Positions 39,884-47,804 of a stretch of DNA of 64,000 nt are shown piece after piece (positions within the stretch are counted from its first letter, which is position 1; each line of letters opens with the position of its first letter). The stretch covers positions 149,337 through 213,336 of the forward strand of contig JBBDRP010000002.1 in the NCBI GenBank assembly GCA_040905385.1. The letters are read 5' to 3'. This stretch comes from Minisyncoccota bacterium. Lineage in GTDB: Bacteria; Patescibacteriota; Minisyncoccia; Phycocordibacterales; SW-6-46-9. The notes under the pieces are model-generated. The model did not search any database. It saw nothing but the letters and a program-made list of their open reading frames with translations, and was not told the DNA's origin. The translations under genes and the position numbers were made by a program.

Positions 39884-41299
39884 ATGAAAAACAAGACAAA
39901 AATTATCGCTACAATTGGTCCTTCATCAGAATCAGCCGAGATGCTGGATAAGCTGTACGACGCGGGGGTGAACATCATTCGTCTCAATTTTTCGCATGGT
40001 GACTACCGCGAGCATGAAGGCAAGATTGATCGCTGGAACGAAATTATCTCTCATTCCGAGACATCCGGTGCGGTCATGGCCGACCTGGCCGGTCCCGAAA
40101 TTCGCACTGGTGAAATTTCTGAAGCCATCACTTTTGCGGCTGGAGACTCGCTGAATCTAACTCCTGGTGAAGAGGTGGGAGACAAGGACACGCTGTACAT
40201 TAACTACGAGCAGCTTGCTACGGATGTATCCGATGGCACAACGATTCTGATCGATGACGGCAAGGTAGTGCTTGAGGTAACCAGTACAGATGGTGACACG
40301 GTCGCCACAACGGTGACACAACCCGGCACAATCACCAGCGGCGGTCGCGGCGTTAATGTTCCTGGTATCGCACTGTCGCTGCCGTCGCTTACCGACAAAG
40401 ATCTGGAGGATCTGAAATTCTCCCTGAAAAAGCAGGTCGATTTCGTGGCTATTTCCTTTGTGAAAAATGCTGATGATATCCACCAGCTACGAGAAGAGAT
40501 TACCTCCCAGGGTGCTGAGGGCACCAAGATTGTCGCTAAAATCGAAACGCAGGCCGCCGTTGATAACATTGATGAAATCATCGAAGCCACCGACTGCATC
40601 ATGGTGGCTCGTGGTGATCTGGCGGTTGAGGTCAGTCTAGAGAATGTTCCAATTATTCAGAAGCAGATCATTCAGAAGTGCAATACCGCCGGCGTACCGG
40701 TGATTACGGCCACCCAAATGCTTGAGTCCATGACGAGCGCCTCAACTCCAACTCGCGCTGAGGCTTCTGATGTTGCTAATGCAATTCTAGATGGATCCGA
40801 TGCCATCATGCTTAGTGGCGAAACGGCCATGGGGGAGTATCCAGTCGAGACAGTAGAGGTGATGTCCCGGATTGCCGCCAAGATGGAGACGCAACGAGAC
40901 ACCATCAATCATATCGAGATCAACAAAGCTCAGTCCAAGCCGGTAAATGCGCTGACTGCTAGTGTGGTTCGTGTGGCTGATGATGTGGGGGCTAAGGCAA
41001 TTGTGGCGCTGACGGATTCTGGTTTCACGGCGCGGATGATTAGCCGCTACCGGCCGGTGCAGGACATTCTGGCCTTTAGCTCTTACGAGCGTACCTGTCG
41101 TCAATTATCTATAAATTATGGTTGTCAGCCGCGTTTTCTTAAAGAGGCTGGAGAGACCGAGCCGGCCATCAAAGCCGTCAAGGAATTACTTCTCACACAG
41201 CTAGGATTCGAATCTGGTGATAAAATAGTAGTAGCGGCCGGCGTAACCGCTACAAAGGAACGAGTCGGAACTAACGCACTGCTGATTGTCGAATTATAA
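39884..41299 (+). CDS. pyk: Pyruvate kinase
   Basis: TKIIATIGP, RLNFSHG, AKIE, MVARGDL, TATQMLESM, PTRAEASDV. Confidence 0.97.
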   Translation: MKNKTKIIATIGPSSESAEMLDKLYDAGVNIIRLNFSHGDYREHEGKIDRWNEIISHSETSGAVMADLAGPEIRTGEISEAITFAAGDSLNLTPGEEVGDKDTLYINYEQLATDVSDGTTILIDDGKVVLEVTSTDGDTVATTVTQPGTITSGGRGVNVPGIALSLPSLTDKDLEDLKFSLKKQVDFVAISFVKNADDIHQLREEITSQGAEGTKIVAKIETQAAVDNIDEIIEATDCIMVARGDLAVEVSLENVPIIQKQIIQKCNTAGVPVITATQMLESMTSASTPTRAEASDVANAILDGSDAIMLSGETAMGEYPVETVEVMSRIAAKMETQRDTINHIEINKAQSKPVNALTASVVRVADDVGAKAIVALTDSGFTARMISRYRPVQDILAFSSYERTCRQLSINYGCQPRFLKEAGETEPAIKAVKELLLTQLGFESGDKIVVAAGVTATKERVGTNALLIVEL

Positions 41300-42417
41300 T
41301 GTCTCCGAAATTAGAAAAAATACACAAATCACCAACCTTTATACGTATACACAAAGACGTTCTTCTCCGTAACTACCACTGTTTCGTATCGGGTGGTGTT
41401 GCTATCGCACCCGTAATTAAAGCCAATGCCTACGGTCACGACGCTTGTCAGGTCGCTCAGATATTTTCTGAGTATACCGAGGCGCCTTTTTTTATTACAG
41501 CTACGTATGAGCAGGCTGTTGAGCTTCGGGAAGCCGAGATTACTACGCCGCTTTTAGTGATTGGGTATGTTTCTCCGGCAGTGATTGCCGATAACCAGCA
41601 TCCTGATATTACCTTCACGGTCGTCGATCTCAATCACCTTAAGGATATTGAGACCGCACTGACCAAAACACAGCCAATTCATCTCAAGCTGGACACAGGT
41701 ATGCATCGTTATGGTGTGACTTCTAACGAGCTTGAGGACGCTATCGAGGTCTTGCAGAATGCTCGCCATACAGTTATTACCGGTGTTTTTTCACATCTGT
41801 GTGATACCTTCACAAGCGAGATAAACGGCTTCACAAAAGAGCAAATTCATCTCTTTAATCAGGCTACCAATCAGATAACTTCTGTGTTTCCATCCTGCAA
41901 AACCATCCATTTAGCCTCAACCTCCAGCCACTCGCTGCGCGATGATATCCTTGCGAATGTCGAGCGCGTCGGCATCGGCTTATTTGGTCTCGCCAACTTT
42001 ACTGATGAGTTTCATACCGAGCCGGTGCTGTCGCTTGTGAGTACAATTGCCTCAATCCGTACGGTACCGGCCGGAGAGTACGTAGGTTACAGCCGTACCT
42101 ACTCGCCGGATAAGGATCGGGTGATTGCTACAATTCCGGCGGGCTACTACGAAGGCGTCGACCGTCGGCTTTCTAATTGTGGAGTGGTGCGAATTGGTGA
42201 GGATATCTGTCCGATCGTCGGTAAGGTCAGTATGAACGCCACCACCATCGATGTTACCGACTGCACGACTCGCCCGAAGCGTGGAGACCTGGTCGAGGTA
42301 ATCTCGGCTGACCGGCAGGCACCTAATTCTGCCCGCGCCATTACGCAGACCATTGATGCCGTACACTACCGTATCACCACCCAGATTCCGGCTCGATTAC
42401 CGCGAATACTGGTCTAA
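41299..42417 (+). CDS. alr: Alanine racemase
   Basis: VIKANAYGH, HLKLDTGMHRYG, VGYSRTY, GKVSMN. Confidence 0.93.
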   Translation: MSPKLEKIHKSPTFIRIHKDVLLRNYHCFVSGGVAIAPVIKANAYGHDACQVAQIFSEYTEAPFFITATYEQAVELREAEITTPLLVIGYVSPAVIADNQHPDITFTVVDLNHLKDIETALTKTQPIHLKLDTGMHRYGVTSNELEDAIEVLQNARHTVITGVFSHLCDTFTSEINGFTKEQIHLFNQATNQITSVFPSCKTIHLASTSSHSLRDDILANVERVGIGLFGLANFTDEFHTEPVLSLVSTIASIRTVPAGEYVGYSRTYSPDKDRVIATIPAGYYEGVDRRLSNCGVVRIGEDICPIVGKVSMNATTIDVTDCTTRPKRGDLVEVISADRQAPNSARAITQTIDAVHYRITTQIPARLPRILV

Positions 42418-42525
42418 ATTCTGAAAAAACGCGTAGAAAGTGTTATAATTGTATAAAGGTCGTATTTACCGCCTTTTTTAGGCTTTTTTTATACCTAAGC
42501 CAGAAGATTAGTTAATACATAAAAT

Positions 42526-43902
42526 ATGAAAAAGTCAGACTATATTGATAATTTTAAAGATAAGAAGATTACGATGATGGGCTTAGGCCTTTTGGGGCGT
42601 GGGGTGAATGTTGCCAAGTTTCTGGCCGAGTGTGGCGCCGAGCTGATCATCACTGATCTCAAGAACACGGACGAGCTGGCCGAATCACTTGAGAAGCTTA
42701 AGAAATATAAGAACATCAAGTACGTACTCGGTCGCCATCGGCTCGGGGAGTTCGAGGGTCGCGACATGATCATCAAGGCCGCCAGCGTACCGAAGGATTC
42801 CAAATATCTCGAGCGGGCACGCGAGGAAAACACACCGGTAGAGATGGATGCCAGCCTATTTGCCAGGTTAGCACCCGCTGATACAAAGATTATTGGGGTA
42901 ACCGGCACGCGCGGCAAGTCGACGGTTACTCATCTGGTTCATGATATTCTTGATGAGGCTGGTGAACGTGTTCATCTCGGTGGTAATGTCAAGGGTCGCG
43001 CGACGCTACCACTACTGAAGACGGTGAAGTCAGGTGACTATGTAGTGCTCGAACTTGACTCCTGGCAGTTGCAGGGATTCGGCGAGTCGAGCATTAGTCC
43101 TGATTTTGCTGTTTTTACGAATCTACTGGAGGATCATCAGGACTACTACAAGAACATGCGGGAGTACTTTAAGGATAAGGCCAACATTTTCCTTTATCAG
43201 CAGCCAGAAGATTATCTGATCACAACCGAAAACTCCTTTGCGGCCATTCAGAAGTACTACGGCGAGCGAGCGGCGACAAAGATCAAAGGAACCATGGCGA
43301 TGGCCAAGCCAAAGATTTTGCTGAATGACTACAAGATGCAGCTGGTTGGCGAGCACAACCGCCAGAATGTAGCGGCGGCTGTACAGCTGGCTGATCTGCT
43401 GCGGATTGATTCGTCGGTTACCAAGCGGGCTGTTGCTAACTTCAAGCCACTGGATGGTCGTCTGCAGTACGTACGCAAAATTCTCGGTCGTTCTATCTAC
43501 AATGACAACAATGCCACCACTCCCGACGCTACCGTGGCAGCCATCAAGAGCCTCCATAGTGAGCTGGAGAAAAACGCTAAGATTACGCTGATCATGGGTG
43601 GCTCTGACAAGGGGCTGGATACCACCGAGCTAGAGCGAGTGATAAAACGACACGTCTCCAACGTCGTTCTGATTCCCGGCACCGGCACCGACGAGGTTCG
43701 CTTCAAGCTCTACGATGACGACGAGCTGAACATCGACGAGAAGGAGAGTATACACGACGCGCTGCAGCTGGCTCTTGAGGAGATGTCATCACCGGGTGAT
43801 ACAATCATCTTTTCTCCTGCCTTTGCATCCTTTGATCAGTTCTCCAACGAGTACGAGCGTGAGGAGGCTTTTCTGAAGGCTGTTGATAAGCTAAAACGCT
43901 AA
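42526..43902 (+). CDS. murD: UDP-MurNAc-L-Ala:D-Glu ligase
   Basis: GVTGTRGKST, GGN, LELDSWQL, FSPAFASFDQF. Confidence 0.93.
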   Translation: MKKSDYIDNFKDKKITMMGLGLLGRGVNVAKFLAECGAELIITDLKNTDELAESLEKLKKYKNIKYVLGRHRLGEFEGRDMIIKAASVPKDSKYLERAREENTPVEMDASLFARLAPADTKIIGVTGTRGKSTVTHLVHDILDEAGERVHLGGNVKGRATLPLLKTVKSGDYVVLELDSWQLQGFGESSISPDFAVFTNLLEDHQDYYKNMREYFKDKANIFLYQQPEDYLITTENSFAAIQKYYGERAATKIKGTMAMAKPKILLNDYKMQLVGEHNRQNVAAAVQLADLLRIDSSVTKRAVANFKPLDGRLQYVRKILGRSIYNDNNATTPDATVAAIKSLHSELEKNAKITLIMGGSDKGLDTTELERVIKRHVSNVVLIPGTGTDEVRFKLYDDDELNIDEKESIHDALQLALEEMSSPGDTIIFSPAFASFDQFSNEYEREEAFLKAVDKLKR

Positions 43903-43905
43903 GCT

Positions 43906-44403
43906 ATGTATAGCGGTACAACAGACAATCCATTTCATATTTCTGTAGGTGCCGTCTTGTCTAATAAAAACGACAAGATTTGTTGTCATCGTTTTATTAC
44001 AAAAGATGTCGTTTTTCTTGAAGATCTTTCTATTAATGAGCTGCATCTCCTGATGCGTGAGACAATGGAGGATGGAGAATCATTCTCTGCTGCTGTTGCG
44101 CGCGGGCTTCAGGAGGAGTTTGGGGCAGAAGGGGAAATAAGTCATTATCTTGGGGCTATTCAGTCTCATTTTCCGAATAAAGATGAGGTAAGTATTGAAA
44201 AAACCACTCTTTATTTTCATGTTGATTGTGCAGAATTTGATCCAGCAAAAAGAGATGATAATGACCCAGAAAGTGTTAGCGAAATCGTCTGGTTAGAACC
44301 ACGAGATCTGATAGAAAAAATGAAGCATCAGTCTGAGAAATTAGATCGAACCGATCTTGATGAATCAAGTATCATTGAGAGGTACTTACAATATGTCGAC
44401 TAA
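43906..44403 (+). CDS. NUDIX-like hydrolase
   Basis: ETMEDGESFSAAVARGLQEEFG variant Nudix box. Confidence 0.75.
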   Translation: MYSGTTDNPFHISVGAVLSNKNDKICCHRFITKDVVFLEDLSINELHLLMRETMEDGESFSAAVARGLQEEFGAEGEISHYLGAIQSHFPNKDEVSIEKTTLYFHVDCAEFDPAKRDDNDPESVSEIVWLEPRDLIEKMKHQSEKLDRTDLDESSIIERYLQYVD

Positions 44404-45688
44404 AATAGATTTAGAAAATATTAAAAAGGTTCACTGCGTAGGCATTGGCGGCATTGGTCTGTCGGCGGTGGCAAGGCTTTTTCACGGACGTGGGGCTGGC
44501 GTCAGCGGCTCCGACATGAACGAATCTCCCGTCACCGATGGTCTTCGAGAGATTAACATCGATGTATCCATTGGCCATGACACGGCTAACCTACCGGCAG
44601 ATGCAGATCTGGTGGTCCACACCATCGCCGTTCCGGCCGACAATCCCGAGCTAATCGCGGCTAAAAAAGGCGGCATCCCGGTGCTGACGTATCCGGAAAC
44701 CCTCGGCCTGCTTTCAGAAAATATGTACACCGTTGCCGTCTCCGGTACGCACGGTAAGACCACTACTACCGCCATGCTGGCAGAGATTCTGCTGGCGGCT
44801 GGTAAAGACCCGACTGTCATCGTCGGCAGTTTGCTGCACGCACAAAAGAGCAACTTTATCGGCGGGCAAAGCAATATTCTCGTGGTCGAGGCCTGCGAGT
44901 ACCGCCGTAGCTTTCTGCACCTACATCCAGACATTCTGGTTATCACGAATGTCGACACTGACCATCTCGACTACTTCGATGATCTGGCCGATATTCAGCA
45001 GGCTTTTACCACGCTGGTTGCACAGCTGGCTGATGATGGGGTAGTGGTGTGTGACCCGCAGGCCGATAATTTAGCGCCGGTGATCGCAGCCGCCCCGAAT
45101 GTGATTGATTTCACTGGTATTACTCTTGATGGCGAGCTGGAGGTACCTGGCGAGCATAACCGTCAAAACGGGCGCGCTGCTATTGCCGCGGCTGAGGAGC
45201 TGTCGGTCTCACACGAAGAAGCTGTTGAAACGGTTCGAAAATTCGCCGGCACCTGGCGCCGAGCCCAGAAGAAAGGCGAGTGTAATGGCGCATTTGTCTA
45301 TGATGACTACGGCCACCACCCAACAGAAGTTCGATCTACACTGGAAGGATTTCGCCAGCGTTTCCCGGATCGTCGGCTGGTCGTGGCCTTCCAGCCGCAT
45401 CTCTACAGCCGCACAAAGGAGTTTATGGATGAGTTTGCCGATAGTCTGTCGCTGGCAGATGTGGTAATTCTGCTGCCGATTTATGCGGCCCGTGAGCTTT
45501 CAGACCCGGCGGTTTCCTCGGACATTTTGGCCAAGATGCTAGCTGATAGAGACGTCTCCGTTCAGCTAGCGGCTGATTTTGACCAGGCGACGGAAAAACT
45601 GACTGATCTGGCCGATGACGGTACACTGATACTAACGCAGGGCGCCGGTGATATTTATAAAGTCGCTGATAATTTAATTAAATCATGA
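44393..45688 (+). CDS. murC: UDP-MurNAc:L-Ala ligase
   Basis: GIGGIGLS, SGTHGKTTTT, VEACEY, DDYGHHPTE, FQPHLYSRT; ATG at 44393 preferred. Confidence 0.96.
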   Translation: MSTKIDLENIKKVHCVGIGGIGLSAVARLFHGRGAGVSGSDMNESPVTDGLREINIDVSIGHDTANLPADADLVVHTIAVPADNPELIAAKKGGIPVLTYPETLGLLSENMYTVAVSGTHGKTTTTAMLAEILLAAGKDPTVIVGSLLHAQKSNFIGGQSNILVVEACEYRRSFLHLHPDILVITNVDTDHLDYFDDLADIQQAFTTLVAQLADDGVVVCDPQADNLAPVIAAAPNVIDFTGITLDGELEVPGEHNRQNGRAAIAAAEELSVSHEEAVETVRKFAGTWRRAQKKGECNGAFVYDDYGHHPTEVRSTLEGFRQRFPDRRLVVAFQPHLYSRTKEFMDEFADSLSLADVVILLPIYAARELSDPAVSSDILAKMLADRDVSVQLAADFDQATEKLTDLADDGTLILTQGAGDIYKVADNLIKS

Positions 45689-46365
45689 AAGGAATCCTAC
45701 ACATAACAGCCACTCCCATCGGAAACCTCGGCGACCTCTCTGACCGCGCCAAGGAGGTGCTTGATGATGTCGATCTGATCGCCTGTGAGGATACGCGGGT
45801 CACTCGCAAGCTCCTGAGTCATTTTGATATTCACACACCGACGGATAGTTACCACGAGCATTCCTCGGGAAACAAGCAGGATAAGATCATTGCCCGCCTA
45901 ATGGATGGTGACGACGTGGCGCTCGTCAGTGATGCCGGCACACCCGCCATATCTGACCCGGGTATGCGCCTGGTCGAGGCGGCGCACCAGGCCGGCATCA
46001 CTGTCGTGTCTGTCCCGGGGCCATCAGCGGTCATCGCCGCTCTGTCTATTGCCGGGTTACGCGCTGATGAATTCTCGTTTTACGGTTTCGTGCCGCGCAA
46101 AAAGGGAAGAGAATCATTTTTTAATACTGTAAAGGAAAGTCCGCGAACAATCGTTTTTTACGAGTCGCCGCATCGGTTCGAAAAAACCATACATGCGCTG
46201 GCGGATGTTCTGTCTGATGACCGAACGGTCGTGGTCTGCCGCGAGCTGACCAAGCAGTTTGAAAGCGTTATTCGTGGTTCGGCTCGTTTTGTTGCCGACT
46301 ACTTTATCGAGAACGAGGACAAAATCCGCGGCGAATTTGCGATTGTTATATCTCAGGCGTCATAG
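45685..46365 (+). CDS. rsmI: 16S rRNA C1402 2'-O-methyltransferase
   Basis: ATPIGNL, ACEDTR, LVSDAGTPAISDPG, FYESPHR, CRELTK. Confidence 0.96.
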   Translation: MKGILHITATPIGNLGDLSDRAKEVLDDVDLIACEDTRVTRKLLSHFDIHTPTDSYHEHSSGNKQDKIIARLMDGDDVALVSDAGTPAISDPGMRLVEAAHQAGITVVSVPGPSAVIAALSIAGLRADEFSFYGFVPRKKGRESFFNTVKESPRTIVFYESPHRFEKTIHALADVLSDDRTVVVCRELTKQFESVIRGSARFVADYFIENEDKIRGEFAIVISQAS

Positions 46366-46461
46366 TCTTTGGAAAAGAGAGGTAGCGAGCGAATGTGTAA
46401 AGAATATAGAAGAAGGATGAACTGCAAGCGCTTAACTAGTAAGTGTTTGCAGTGAATTCCA

Positions 46462-46544
46462 CGGAAGATGGAGGCAGGTCCGACTAATAGTCGGACCGTT
46501 GGAAGGAAGAAACCCACTGCGTAGCAAAGGTGTCTTACTCCAAG
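46462..46544. repeat. ~80-nt two-hairpin direct repeat, copy 1
   Basis: cggaagatggaggcag-[hairpin]-cgttggaaggaagaaacccactgcgtagca..tgtctt.ctccaag; copy 2 at 47702-47781. Confidence 0.9.
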
Positions 46545-46567
46545 AAAAGTAGTGATATAATAAGTTC

Positions 46568-47053
46568 ATGACACGACTTTCGATACTTATGTGGATTGCA
46601 GTTTTTACGGCCATCGTGCCGGTGCTGGCGATTCCAACCGCGGTTATCCGCGCCGTTGTGGTGGCAGCAGCGATCGTGATGGCGGGTATCGCGTACTCTC
46701 TGCGTCGGCAGCCGAAAAATACCTCGACTGCTCCACGCCTACCCGAGAGAGACAAGCCCAAAAGCCCGGATTCACCGCAGCCAGAAACTGAGACTGGCAT
46801 CACTCCAAACCAATCGGAAAAGGAGCCAGAGGCGGAACCGACGGAACCAAAAGAGCTGACCGAGGAAGACCTGAAACGACAGTTTTTTAACACGTCACCA
46901 AAAAACGAGAAGTCAGCGTCGAAAATTGAAAATTCAGGAAAAGATACGAAAAATCAAAGCTCCGACAAACCGATCAACGTAACCGACCCCAACAGCGATC
47001 GCTTCGTTGCCGTCAATACCTACAAAAGCCGCTCCCAGCAGCTACGAAAATAA
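46568..47053 (+). CDS. Hypothetical membrane protein with a disordered Pro/Glu/Lys tail
   Basis: Two TM helices; TGATATAAT 6 nt before the ATG (leaderless). Confidence 0.75.
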   Translation: MTRLSILMWIAVFTAIVPVLAIPTAVIRAVVVAAAIVMAGIAYSLRRQPKNTSTAPRLPERDKPKSPDSPQPETETGITPNQSEKEPEAEPTEPKELTEEDLKRQFFNTSPKNEKSASKIENSGKDTKNQSSDKPINVTDPNSDRFVAVNTYKSRSQQLRK

Positions 47054-47055
47054 AA

Positions 47056-47554
47056 AAACACCTTTCTGATAGAGAAAGATGAATGTGTTGTGTTATTGGT
47101 TGTGAAAAGCTTATTGAGGCTTTTCTCTGTAGACCCTAGCTCCGGGTCGAATTCCGCGCTTGGCGGAACTCATGTTTACCTGAATCCAGGAAATTGATTT
47201 CGTCTTTAGACGAAACTGCTTTCATGGCAGTAAACATGATTTGGTAAATTATTACTTCTCCGCGCGGGCCCTAGGCTAATTACCTTACGCCCGTACAGTA
47301 TTTCTATTTGTATAAATGTGAACTTTGATTTTTTAAAGAACAATTTTACAGAAATACTCCTCGTTTATGAGGCCGCTTTGCGACCAGATCTTGCTATCCC
47401 CGTTTGTCTATCAGCCATTCAACGGGATACTCAAACTATAGATCTGGATAAGTAGGTCTATGCCTACCTAAGTTTCCGTCACGAGTTTATCGTGATAGTT
47501 TCCGGTCTTACAGCAGTGCTGTAAGAAAATATAAATTCTGTAATAAAGAATTCT
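47056..47554 (-). ncRNA. Candidate ~500-nt structured non-coding RNA
   Basis: TTGCCA-16-TATAAT promoter (47588-47561), more than 10 helices, boxA-like TGTTCTTTAAA, intrinsic terminator at 47081-47053, longest ATG ORF 33 aa. Confidence 0.55.
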
Positions 47555-47701
47555 GCCCTTATTATACGAATCCGGCATGACTTGGCAAGCCCTTTATATA
47601 AGGAAAACCTTAAACATGTAAACGTAGCGAACTGATGCGTTTATTTTATGAAAAGCACTATCTTAAAGTGCTTGACTTGCGAGTGCTTTAAGATAGTACG
47701 T

Positions 47702-47781
47702 CGGAAGATGGAGGCAGTCCCGCTAAAGCGGGACGTTGGAAGGAAGAAACCCACTGCGTAGCAGGGGTGTCTTCCTCCAAG
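47702..47781. repeat. ~80-nt two-hairpin direct repeat, copy 2
   Basis: Matches 46462-46544 with an altered but still paired first hairpin. Confidence 0.9.
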
Positions 47782-47804
47782 CAATGATATAATGATGTAT
47801 AGCT

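Noticed and set aside
47056-47554. RNase P RNA, SRP RNA or 6S RNA
   Set aside because: No GAGGAAAGTCC or ACAGAA..CGGCTTA blocks, no SRP helix-8 motif, and it is multibranched rather than a single rod; an Rfam search is still needed.
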